Source of the DNA: Octopus sinensis
Taxonomy: Eukaryota
Assembly (NCBI RefSeq): GCF_006345805.1
Contig: NC_043015.1
Coordinates: forward strand, 51,460,001-51,524,000
Direction: 5' to 3'
DNA: 64,000 nt
In this document: piece by piece, positions 1-11,387 of the stretch
How the letters are laid out: every line of letters begins with the position of its first letter
Position numbering within the stretch: the first letter of the stretch is position 1
Made by a program: the position numbers and the translations under genes
The notes under the pieces: generated by a model
What the model was told of the DNA's origin: nothing
Database searches by the model: none
What the model saw: the letters and a program-made list of their open reading frames with translations, nothing else

Positions 1-132
1 TATGTCAATACAAGTGTGTGTAAATATAAGAGTGCGTGTCTGTGTGTATAAAAAGAAGAGTGTGTGTGTGTTGATGGGTCTTCTTCTCAAGCATGACATA
101 ATGCCAAAGGTCTCGGTTATTGCCGCTGCGAA

Positions 133-340
133 GCCCAACACTCAAAAGGATGTGAGCAACTTTGCCTCCGTCAGGCCCAATGTTCAAAATGAACTCAGCC
201 ATTTTGCCTCTGTCAGGCCCAACACTCAAAACGAACTTAGCCACTTTGCTTCCTTGAGGCCCAATGCTCAAAAAGAACTCAGCCACTTTGCTGCCATGAG
301 GGCCAACACTTGAAAGGAACTTAACCACTTTGCCTCCATG
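133..340 (+). repeat. 42-bp tandem repeat, ~5 copies, translating as a 14-aa repeat PN(T/V/A)Q(K/N)ELSHFAS(V/L)R
   Basis: Unit like gcccaacactcaaaaggaactcagccactttgcctccgtcag; lies within ORF 2..313. Confidence 0.85.
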
Positions 341-384
341 AATAATAGTAACAATAATGATAATGATTGTAATTCTTTCTACTA

Positions 385-580
385 AAGACACAAGGCTTGA
401 AATTTGGGGAAGGGGGACTAGTCGGCAACATCAACCCTAGTGTTTCACTGGTACTTAATTTATTGACCCTGAAAGGATGAAAGGCAAAGTGAACCTCGGC
501 AGAATTTGAACTCAGAATGTAAGAAATGCTGCTAGGCATTTTGCCCAGCGTGCTAGTGATTCTGCCAGCACGCTGCCTTA
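385..580 (-). mobile_element. SINE family B (tRNA-like head plus Meta-domain-like core)
   Basis: Reverse complement of ggcagcgtgctggcagaatcactagcacgctgggcaaaatgc...gagttcaaattctgccgagg...ctttgcctttcatcctttcagggtcaataaattaagtacc; about 20 more copies in the window. Confidence 0.8.
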
Positions 581-587
581 ACAATAC

Positions 588-841
588 TAATAACGATAAT
601 AATTATAATAATAATAGTAATAATGATAATCATAATAATAATTATAATAATAATAGTAATAATGATAATCATAATAATAATTATAATAATAATAGTAATA
701 ATGATAATCATAATAATGATGATAATCATAATAATGATGATGATAATGATGATGATAATGATGATGATAATGATGATGATAATGATGATGATGATGATGA
801 TGATAATAATAATGACAATAGCAATAATAATAATGATGATT
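588..841. repeat. (AAT)n/(GAT)n compound trinucleotide repeat
   Basis: Direct inspection; explains the N/D-rich and I/M-rich ORFs. Confidence 0.95.
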
Positions 842-1523
842 GTAGGAGATACTGTTTATTTAATCAGAAGTAGTGACATAAGTGTATCATTTTTATTTTG
901 GAGAGTAGTGAACTGTAAATAAAAGATAGACTGGCGCTCTAACAATACAAGAACCAGATTGGCGCTTGAACAATGGTAGAAACATAACAGGATCAAAGAT
1001 GAACCAGCTCTCTAATGAGATAAAAGAGGAGCTGGCTCTTTAACGATCCTGCAGCCGTTATTGTTGAATCTTTTAGAAATTTAATATAATTACATTGTAC
1101 TTTATTGTTTAGCCGTTTCAGAATTTAATTAGCTATCCACAGATATGTGCGTGTGTGTGTGTATTAATTTGTGCACATACATGCATGCACATACACGAGA
1201 GCACGTAGAGTTGTGCTTGTGCGTTTGCGTGTCTTCGTATATGTGTGAGGATCATAAATGTCATTAGTGGTTTTATATTCGCTTTCTCTCTGCTAGCAGC
1301 AGACAAGGTTTCTTGACATAATTTTCTATGTTTATACACACACACACATCATATATGTGTGTGTATGTGTGTATGTGTATATTCTCTTATTTGTTTCAGT
1401 CATTTGACTGTGGCCATGCTGGAGCACCGCCTGTAGTCGAACTAATTGACCCCAGTACTTTGTAAGCTTAGTATTTATTCTATCGGTCTCTTTTGCCGAA
1501 TGGCTAAGTTACAAGGACATAAA

Positions 1524-1745
1524 CACAGGAACAGCATCCAGCTGGAGGAAATCCCTGCTTGACAGGAACAGCATCCAGCTGGAGGAAGTCCCTGCCTCAC
1601 AGGAACAGCATCCAGCTGGGGGAAATGCCTGCATTACAGGAACAGCATCCAGCTGGAGGAAATCCCTGCCTCACAGGAACAGCATCCAGCTGGAGGAAAT
1701 CCCTGCCTCACAAGAACAGCATCCAGCTGGAGGAAATCCCTGCCT
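1524..1745 (+). repeat. 37-bp minisatellite, 6 copies
   Basis: acaggaacagcatccagctggaggaaatccctgcctc recurring every 37 bp. Confidence 0.95.
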
Positions 1746-2029
1746 TTACAATTTCTGTTCCTCCCATGTGAGGCATGGAATAGTGGATATTGATGTTATG
1801 TATAGCTGCAGGCTTGGCTCTGTGATTATGAACGTTGCTTTCCAATACATGTTTCTGGGTTCTGTCCCACTGCATGGGACCTTAGACAAAGGGTCAGCCA
1901 CTACAGCTCATGCGGACCAAAGCCTTGTGAGTTGATTTGGTTGACGGAAGCTGAAAGAAACCCATCATATATGTGTGCATGTGGGTTTGTATTTCCATTT
2001 AGTTCCATGTGCAATCCTCAGTTGCAAAC

Positions 2030-2140
2030 AACAATTGTGTTATGTGCTCGGAGTCCAGCAAGAAAGTGTACCAGGTTTTCTTGACATATCGTCATGTGTT
2101 TTGCAAAGCCTGTATAAACGAAAGGCCATTCAAACACTGC
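2030..2140 (+). pseudogene. Possible degenerate RING-HC finger fragment
   Basis: CVMC...LTYRHVFCKACI resembles CxxC...L-x-C-x-H-x-FC-xx-CI with one Cys replaced by Tyr (TAT); the final CxxC is not in frame. Confidence 0.3.
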
Positions 2141-2792
2141 TGTTTGTTTACTGTTCTAGTTCTCTGCGTAACCATGTCTGATCTATTTGTTGTTCAAGGG
2201 ACCGGGTGATTGGAAACAGGTGGTGGGTGGAATGGGGTGGTGTCAGAATGGGCGTTAGACCATGAAGAATCTGCTCCAATGTACTCTTGTCTGACCTATA
2301 GAAGCATGGAAATGTAAATGTTAAAACATTATATACATATATATATTTATATTCAAACACACACACACAAATATATATGCACATACATACAAATATATAT
2401 ACATATACATGTGTGAGTGTGCATATATACACACATGCTTATGTACGTACATATATAATTATGTATATACACACAAGCACACATGTGAGTATATGTGTGT
2501 ATATACCTCTGTAATTATATTTTAAAAATATATGTGTAACATTTATGAATATGTATGTGTAAATGTATGTTTATATGTGTGCCTGTAATATATATCTGTA
2601 AGTCATGTATATGAATGTGTGTGTATGTATATATATGTTAGGCATATATATGAATGTATTTATATGTGTGTTTGTGTGTGTAACTTTATAGGGAAAGTAT
2701 ATTTTTATGTGTATATGTGATAAATTATTTATATGCACATTTATCTACAAGCTTGTATCTATGTAGGTATATGTAAGTATACACATATGCAC

Positions 2793-2837
<45 letters not shown>

Positions 2838-3149
2838 TACATACATACACATGCCCGGATACATGCATACATGTATGCATTCACTGATGCGTTTACACAT
2901 TAATTAGATTTTTCCTGAGTTGTTCGTTATCAGCAACATTTCATCTTCGTTTTTCGAATTTAATTAACTACCTACATATTTTCAAATTACTAGTGCATTG
3001 TTTCCAATACATAATCTCTCTGACAGAATATAGTATCTTTTTATTACCTGTTCAATGAAGAATCAATAAACACATGCTCAAGTCAAATTGAAAAAAAAAC
3101 ATACAACTACAACAAAAGAACTATTAAAAAAAAATCCTATATTCTTCAG

Positions 3150-3244
3150 CATTATCTGCCTCCATGTATAATATATTGACTGGTACTTCCTTTGAGTATG
3201 CTTTTCAAGGTTTTTCAAAGAATTCTGATGAAATGGTTCCTTGA
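3150..3244 (+). CDS. Candidate terminal coding exon (LSASMYNILTGTSFEYAFQGFSKNSDEMVP*), unassigned
   Basis: Acceptor atattcttcag| followed by an open frame to TGA; no homology recognised. Confidence 0.2.
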
Positions 3245-3600
3245 TCTGTGGTTTGGTTTTGGTTTTTAAATATTGGTGGCATACATTTGGTTTTATTTTA
3301 TCTATATTTTTTTTTCTCTCTCTCTCTATTGTCTTTTACTTATTTCATTTATTGAGCTGTGGCCGTGCTGGGGTACCACCTTGAAGGAGGTTTTTTTTCG
3401 TTACTCTTTTACTTGCTTCAGTTTTTTGACTGCGGCCATGCTGGAGCATCGCCTTTTAGTCGAACTAATCAACCCCCAAGACTTATTCTTTGTAAGCCTA
3501 GGACTTATTCTATCACTCTTTTTTACCACACCGCTAAGTTACAGAGCCATAAACACACCAACATCGGTTATGATGTTGGTGGGAACAAACACACAAATAC

Positions 3601-3632
<32 letters not shown>

Positions 3633-3731
3633 GATGGGCTTCTTTCAGTTTCCTTCTACTATATCCACTCACTACACTTTATTTGGCTTGAGGCTATAGT
3701 AGAAGACTATTTTATTTAGGAAAGTGCTTAC

Positions 3732-3771
<40 letters not shown>

Positions 3772-4329
3772 TAGATAGATCATTATTGTTTAGCATCCAT
3801 CTTCCATATGTGGGAAATGGAGACTGAACCCAGAACCATATGGGTGGGAAGCAAGCTACTTACCACACAGCCACTCCTGAACAAAATACTTATTTTTCTT
3901 TTTAAAGTCTGTAGTTGTCTCATTTGTCCTTTTTCATTGAAGTTTCAAACATAAAGAACAATTTTATTTGGGAAAGAACTTACATTTATATACAGATGGG
4001 TGCAGACATGGCTGTGTGGTAAGAAGCTCACTTCTCAGCCACATGGTTCTAGGTTCAGTCCCACTGCATGGAACTTTTAGCAAATGTCTTCTACTATAGT
4101 CTCGGGCTGACCAAAGCCTTGAGAGTGGATTTGGTAGATGGAAACTGAAAGAAGCCTGTCGTATATATACATACATATACATACATACACACATATATAT
4201 ATATCTTTTATGGGTTTCAGCCAGAGGTCGAGGCCATGCTGGTGCACCGCCTTTACTGTGTCTGGAGATTTTTCCAGTATTGCTTCTGTTGAAGTAGCAA
4301 GTTGGATGTTGCCACTCTTTGTGCCTCCT

Positions 4330-4790
4330 GCCATTCTTCTTTGTGCCACCTGCCACAATGTGGGTTCATCCGGAATTGCAGATAAAAAGCTGTCTAGACA
4401 TTCTTTGAAGACTTTCATGCCTACACCTTGCAGATCTATGGTGTTCAGTGGTAGGGCATTAAAAAGTTGTGGTCCCTTGAATCCCAAGCTATTACATTAT
4501 TGGGTTCATATCCTCGATGGAGAAAACGGGACCTTTGCTACTGTGCAGTGCTGTCCAGTTCAGGGATTGTTGTAGATTTCGATTCCAAAATTTGGAGCCA
4601 AACCCTCCATTATTTCCCACATGTATACAACTGTATATCTCTCACATCTCCTCTCCAGAGAGTAGAGTCCCAGTTCCCTCAGTCTCTCCCAGTGGCCCAT
4701 GTGTTTTACTGAGTATCTTCTTTGTGAAGTGGCATTGGACTGCTTCTAGTTCCGCAATTAGTTTTACACTCTGTGGAGAACCCAGTCAGG
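4330..4790 (-). mobile_element. Decayed CR1/L2-type LINE ORF2 C-terminal fragment
   Basis: Minus-strand ELEAVQCHFTKKI, HWERLRELGLYSLERRCERY and GPQLFNALP...VFKECLDSFLSAIPDEP, with stops and a frameshift. Confidence 0.8.
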
Positions 4791-5152
4791 AGCAGTATAT
4801 ATTTACGTGTATGTGTCTTTGTTTGTCCCCCCACCCTCATCGTTTGACAACCAATGCTGGTGAGTTTACGTCCTTGTAACTTAGCAGTTTGGCAAAAGAG
4901 ACTGCTAGAATAAGTAGCAGGCTTACAAAGAATAAGTCCTAGAATTGATTTCTTTGACAAAAAAACAGGGCTGTAGTCAAATGACTGAAACAAGTGAAAG
5001 AATATACAGAAAGGCTTCTCCCCCTCAAACTCCTGAATACACATCCCACATATGTTTATTATTTTTCTTTATGGAAGCTGGATGCTAAACAATAATGATC
5101 TATCTATCTATATATATATGTTAGAAGGTTTGGAGATGATGTACAGGTATTT

Positions 5153-5438
5153 TATATAAGAAGAAATGAGGTACTCAGAAATTCGGATGGTTTTATATTT
5201 ACAGATATTTATTTGTATATTACATGTTTTTATACATCATATAACTTATATCATATATTAGCGCTTTCGTCCATTCTAGTGGAGTTTTCAGTTTGAAAAT
5301 TCCACTAGAATGGACGAAAGCGCTAATATATGATATATGATATAAGTTATATGATTTATAAAAACATGTAATATACAAATAAATATCTGTAAATATAAAA
5401 CCATCCGAATTTCTGAGTACCTCATTTCTTCTTATATA
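5153..5438. mobile_element. Near-perfect fold-back palindrome (~138-bp arms, 3-nt loop) with degenerate HHR at the apex; Penelope pLTR-like
   Basis: Arms 5153-5290 and 5294-5438 differ by ~2 substitutions and a 7-bp duplication; apex CTGAAAA-CTCCA-ctagaa-TGGAC-GAAA-GCGC-TA. Confidence 0.75.
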
Positions 5439-5440
5439 TA

Positions 5441-5816
5441 CTCTTTACTCTTTTCAGTCATTTGACTGCGGCCATGCTGGAGCACCGCCTTTAATTGAGC
5501 AACTCGACCCCGGGACTTATTCTTTGTAAGCCCAGTACTTATTCTATCAGTCTCTTTTGCCGAACCGCTAAGTGACGGGGACATAAACACACCAGCATCG
5601 GTTGTCAAGCAATGCTAGGGGGACAAACACAAACATACACGCACACACACATATACATATATATACATATATACGACGGGCTTCTTTCAGTTTCCGTCTA
5701 CCAAATCCACTCACAAGGCTTTGGTCAGCCCGAGGCTATAGTAGAGGACACTTGCCCAAGGTGCCACGCATGTGGTTGGTAAACAAGCTACTTACCACAC
5801 AGCCACTCCTGCGCCT
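5441..5816 (-). mobile_element. SINE family A (tRNA head, CORE-like ccttgggcaagt motif, central microsatellite, AAAAGAGT tail; OR2-like by recollection)
   Basis: Colinear with copies at 18175, 38100 and 54994; internal deletion. Confidence 0.85.
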
Positions 5817-6035
5817 ATATATATATAATGCAAGCACTTTCCTAAATAAAATTGCACTTCATAATACACAAGTGGAAAAAGGCTGTGAAGCACTGGTATA
5901 GACTCTTGTTACAGAGGTGATGGTCAGCTAGAGTTTGATATTTTTTATATATTTATTCTCAACCACTGTTATACTTTCTATTTCTTCAATTATCATCATT
6001 CTCTAAAATTAATCAAGAAATTATAATTAATAATC

Positions 6036-6247
6036 TTAACATATTTTATTTTCTCTAATTACTTGAAATGATAAATAAAACAAAAAAACTATAGGTTTTA
6101 AAGAAATCATGTTCTTGGGAGGGTCATAATGCCAATGACAATAAACACACACACTGTTCAATATTACTTCATTATTGGTGTATTGACCTTCCCAAGACAC
6201 AGCAACATTTGTTTCATCACACAAATTCACATCAAGAAAATTGCAAA
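6036..6247 (-). CDS. Candidate exon or ORF fragment (CNFLDVNLCDETNVAVSWEGQYTNNEVILNSVCVYCHWHYDPPKNMISLKP...), unassigned
   Basis: Minus-strand acceptor ttcgtttttgcatttag| and a complex open frame; no good donor found. Confidence 0.2.
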
Positions 6248-7023
6248 CTAAATGCAAAAACGAAGTTTTAAAGAAACGAATCCAAGAATTATTTAACCCT
6301 CTTTTTTTTTTGTACCAATATTACTTGAAAATGTCGCTGGTTTTGAGATATAAACTTCCTGCCTTAGAATGATCTTAATTAAAGCCTTATATCAACATTT
6401 TTTATGGTAATTTATGTTTTAAACACTTGATTAAATAATGACAAAGTTTTTGTAATAAATTCTTTGTTATTTTCAAAATTGAAACAAAAGCTGTGTATTT
6501 CAGGAGGAATATGTTAACGAAAGGATTAAGAATTATTTTTGCACTTATCATCACTGATCTGTGGAAGATAAGTCTTTGATAACCATGATAAGTCTTTGAT
6601 AACCATTTGTTCTTACAATCTCTTCTGAAATACTTCCGAAGAAGGAATATTCCGGATAATTAGAAAATTCCGTTAGTAACATCGTAAAGTTTGAATTATC
6701 AAAGGGTTAACTACGATCTCTTTTAATATAGGAAATGTTGTGCATTTGGTATTAGGAAAACACACATACGTGCACAGCAAGAAAGAGAGGGAGAGAGAAA
6801 TATATGCACAGATGTGAATATATATGTATGTATAGTTTTAGAAAATATCTTCAAAGTAGATGACGGCAAATAATAATACAAACATACAAAAATAGAATGT
6901 AAAAAATAGGACAACAGTACAGAGAGAGAGAGGGTGGAGGACGGAGATTGTTGATGGTTTCTGAATCTGAAATATATAATAAAATTTATATGTTCTATTA
7001 CTTACAAATACTGTGAGAATATC

Positions 7024-7412
7024 TTACTTTATATATATATATTTATATATATATATATATACATACACACACACACACCCACACATAGACACACATATAT
7101 ATATATATATACACACACACCCACACATAGACACATATATATATATATATACACACACACACACCCACACATAGACACACACATATATATATATACACAC
7201 ACACACCCACACATATATATATACACACATACACCCACACATATATATATATACACATACACACCCACACACATATATATACACACACACACACATATAT
7301 ATACATATATATGCACACATATATATATATATACATATAAACACACATATATATATATACATATGAACACACATATATATATATATACATATAAACACAC
7401 ATATATATATAT
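7024..7412. repeat. Compound (TA)n/(CA)n microsatellite
   Basis: Direct inspection. Confidence 0.95.
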
Positions 7413-9559
7413 ATTCTTGATTTTTTGTTCTTGACTTTTGTTATTGTTATTTTATTCTTCCTCTACTGTTTTGTAGTAAAAATCATCTAAAGGTTTTTGA
7501 CCAAAGTACCATTCTGTTCTAAATTACTGTCCTCCAAGTTTTTATTAATAGACGGAATAATATTGACGACTGCTTTGATTTTTGAATTATAGGAAACAGA
7601 TGTGACAAGCCTCGACTTCAAAGTGTAATGGCTTTGTTCGGCTAATGACTGACCTCGGAGAACTATCTGGGCACGAGACTCAGACATTGGCTATTTGAAA
7701 TTTTTGAAATGGTTTTGTTCATCTCACGCCAACCCCGTCCCCCTTGCACCTCGCCCCCGCCACCAGTCAAACAGCCATATTTTATCTTTGGTTCAAGAGA
7801 TTCTGTCTGCAGTAAGTTGCACAAAAAATGCGACTAAGCTGCCTTTTGAAACTTGCTCTTTCGCTCTTTGTCTATGTACAGACATATGTCAATAAATAAT
7901 AATACGACTGTTTGGGATTAGAAAGACAGACAGTTCAACTGAAAGACCGACCGACCGGCAGGCAGGCAGGCTCGCCGACTGGCTGGCTGGCAGGCAAATT
8001 TCTTATACCTTTGCTTTTCATTAGAATATTTATATATTCTAAGAGATAATGAAAAAGACTTCTATTAAACGGAAGCTGTATCTCTGGGCGGTGCTCTTTA
8101 TTCTATATGCGTCTGTTTATTTTAGTGCGTAGTGTAAACATGAAATCTCTGGGAGATTTATCTGCAACACGTGACTCTTGTCTCATTATTTCATTAAGGA
8201 ATATGTTTGGTCTAGAATTTTGCTTCACATTACAGCATAGCTGGATGGTTAAGAAGCTCACCTCCCAACTAAGTGAATCCTGGTTCAGTCCTGCCCCACA
8301 GCACCTTGCACATGTGTAGTCTACAATAGTTCTCGATTGTGTAATATGTATTGTGACTTTTGAAACATGTGTAGTGCATAACTACCTATTCCATTCCCTT
8401 CATCCACTAACTTATTATCACATAATTAACAACACTTGTTACATACTGGAACTGGATAGCAGCAGTGATTCTATTGCAAATTCTGTCTAATTCCATATTA
8501 ATGAAGAATATTGGATACATTGATTAATTAACTTTATTGATTGATTATCATCTACACAAGCTTGTCTATACTTGAGCCTAACCAACTGTCTGTACTTTAT
8601 TGGATCTCACTAATATATATATATCGAAATTGCAAAGATAATCTGGAACTCGACTGAGGATAGAAAACTTTGAATGATCCATCCTTCTTTTCCTTGTATC
8701 ATCTGTCTGGATATTTTGTTTTCCTTTTTTGTTTCACCTAACTGTCTGGATGTTTTGTGTTCTTGTCCCATTTTTGTATTTATATATATATATAATTCAT
8801 GAGAAAATAATTTGCAAAGATATCATTGACTCTATTATTATCTAGTCAACGGTTGATTTCTGTAGTTATTTTCGATGTATTTTGGCGATTTAAATAAGAG
8901 TTTTGACTGTTATTTTCAGCAGGTAGACATACCTGATATGTCCTTTGATTAATTTTATACACACATACATACACACACATATATTCTTCTTCTTATTATT
9001 ATCATTATTGTTATATGTTTATATGTTCTATTACTTACAAATACTGTAAGTAATATAGGTTTTAAAGAAATCATGTTCTTGGGAGGTTCATAATGCCAAT
9101 GACAATAAACTCATACACTGATCAATATCACTTAGCAGTATTTCATCAATTTTTGTGTTCTAAGTTCAAATTCTGCCATTGTTGGCTTTGCTTGTCATCC
9201 TTTCAGGGTTGATAAAAATAAATACCAGTGCTGTATTGGGGTCAGTGTAACTGACTAGCCCTGTCCCCCAAAATTTCAGGCCTTATGCCTATAGAAGAAA
9301 GGATCATTATTATTATTATTATTGTTACCACCATCATCAGAAGTTACACAATAATCGAAAGCCAAGAGTTTCATCCATTGGCACTCACCAGGCTGGTTTC
9401 AAATCAAGCTGGCATACATTTATATATCGGTCATCATGAATGTAACTAGTATATAAATGTAACCCTCTTGACATGAAACTCTTGGCCTTTGAGTTAGTTT
9501 GTAACTTTCTGCTGATTATCAATAATAAAAAAATACCTATCTTCATCATCATCATCGTG

Positions 9560-9945
9560 ATCATGATCATCGTTTAACATCCCTTTTCCATGCTGGCATG
9601 GGTTGGATTGTTCAACTGGGGTCTGGGAAGCCAGGAAGCTGCACCAAGCTCTAGTCTGATCTGGCATTGTTTCTACAGCTGAATGCCCTTCCTAACACCA
9701 ACCACTCCGAGAGTGTAGTGGGTGCTTTTTACGTGCCACTGGCACAGGAGCCCGAGGGGGCTGGCAATGAACATGATCAGATGGTGCTTTTTATGTACCA
9801 CTAGCACAGAAGCCAGTCAAGGTGGTGCTGACATCAACCATGTTCGGATGGTGCTTAACATGTGCTACCGGCACGGGAATCACAACTACAATTTCCATGT
9901 GATTTTGATTTTGATGTACTTGACTCAATAAGTCTCTGCAAGCAC
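9560..9945 (-). mobile_element. SINE family C (ggcgttaggaagggcatccagctgtagaa core, gttaaa(c/t)gatgatga tail)
   Basis: Same family at 15829-16055 +, 16680-16895 +, 16905-17070 +, 12390-12540 -, 30170-30330 +. Confidence 0.8.
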
Positions 9946-10299
9946 AGCATGTCGCCCTACTATCCTGGGTACTTTGTTTCTATTAATTTTAAAAGCAATG
10001 ATGAAATATTTGAAATAATTTTGCCACTCTTAGAATTGTACTTGAAATGTTAATAGATATGAAATTTTAATGGAAATTTATGATTCAGATCACCTTAAAA
10101 TCAAGCTGGCATACATTTATATATCGGTCATCATGAATGTAACTAGTATATAAATGTAACCCTCTTGACATGAAACTCTTTGATGATCAGTGATGATCTC
10201 AGGTGATCTTGATATGGAAAAGGTTAACTATATCTAGTTAGCAGATATGGAGGTAATTATGCAGATAAACAAATTAAATATAACAGTCGGGTTTGATAT

Positions 10300-10339
<40 letters not shown>

Positions 10340-10370
10340 AATGTAATATGTGACAATTATTTGGTTGTCA

Positions 10371-10433
10371 TAATAAAACTCAGAGGTTCGGATACCGGGG
10401 CTGAAATCTGCTCCGGCATATCATCAGTTATTA
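10371..10433 (-). ncRNA. Type I hammerhead ribozyme motif, variant (GAAC in place of GAAA)
   Basis: TAATAA-CTGATGA-stem II ATGCCGG/CCGGTAT-GAAC-CTCTGAG-TT-TTATTA. Confidence 0.55.
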
Positions 10434-10456
10434 AGACAAATGCTAGCGTTTTGTCT

Positions 10457-10519
10457 TAATAACTGATGGGATGCTGGAGCAGACTTCAGCCTCGGTATGT
10501 GAAACTCTGAGTTTTATTA
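10457..10519 (+). ncRNA. Type I hammerhead ribozyme motif, variant (CUGAUGG)
   Basis: Stem I TAATAA/TTATTA, GAAA, stem III CTC-T-GAG, GUU triplet; A9 replaced by G. Confidence 0.55.
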
Positions 10520-10674
10520 TGACAACCGGCTAATTATCACATATTATATTTATAGATAAATTCCTTTATTTTACATAATATCGAGGTCTCATTCGTTCTT
10601 TTGTTGTCATATTATTATTAATAATATATATATATATATATATAAAATATCCAGACAGACGCTAGCATTTGTCT

Positions 10675-10737
10675 TAATAACTGATGATATGCCGGAGTAG
10701 ACTTCAGCCCCGGTATCCGAACCTCTGAGTTTTATTA
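10675..10737 (+). ncRNA. Type I hammerhead ribozyme motif, variant (GAAC)
   Basis: Near-identical to the 10371-10433 minus copy. Confidence 0.55.
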
Positions 10738-10821
10738 TGACAACCAAATAATTGTCACATATTACATTTATGTATATATATATATTCATTGCTAAACCTC
10801 ACTAAGATAAATATTTCAATT

Positions 10822-10890
10822 AACCTGAAGATTGACTGTAACCATAACTCGAATTATTACGAATTGTACAGCAATGAAACGATCGTAGTG
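10822..10890 (+). ncRNA. Type I hammerhead ribozyme motif with intact core and weak stem I
   Basis: CTGAAGA-T-TGaCTGTA...TACAGCAA-T-GAAA-CGATCG-TA-GT; palindromic stem III; GUA triplet; stem I only ~2 bp. Confidence 0.55.
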
Positions 10891-11045
10891 TTTTACTCTT
10901 TATCTTTTATTAAACTTTTAATACTTTTGATATATATTTAAAATAATATAAATCAATTAATTTTATGTATTGGCTTATGTTTTTCATTGTTTGATTTGTC
11001 TAATAGTGGTTTTATCTTTAATTTAATATATATATATATATTCTT

Positions 11046-11387
11046 GTATTCTTTTACCTGTTTCAGTCATTTGACAGTGGCTATGCTGGAGCATTGCCTT
11101 TAGTCGAATACATCGACTCCAGGACTTATTATTTGTAAGCCTAGTACTTATTCTGCCAGTCTCTTTTGCTGAACTGCTAAGTTATGGGGATGTAAGCACA
11201 CCAACACTGGTTGTCAAGAGATGGTGAGGCGACAAACGCAGACACTCAAACATATATATATATATACAACAGGCTTCTTACAGTTTCTGTGTACCAAATC
11301 CATTCACAAGGCTTTGGTTGAAGACACTGAACCCAGAACCATGTGGTTTGGAAGCAAGCTTCTTACCACACAGCCACGCCTGTACCT
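11046..11387 (-). mobile_element. SINE family A copy
   Basis: Colinear with family A, with an internal deletion. Confidence 0.8.

Larger units (their letters stand above)
10335..10785. mobile_element. Triple inverted/direct repeat (A rc, A', A) of a ~110-bp Penelope pLTR-like unit
   Basis: 10335-10441 is the reverse complement of ~10667-10780 and pairs imperfectly with 10450-10555. Confidence 0.8.
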
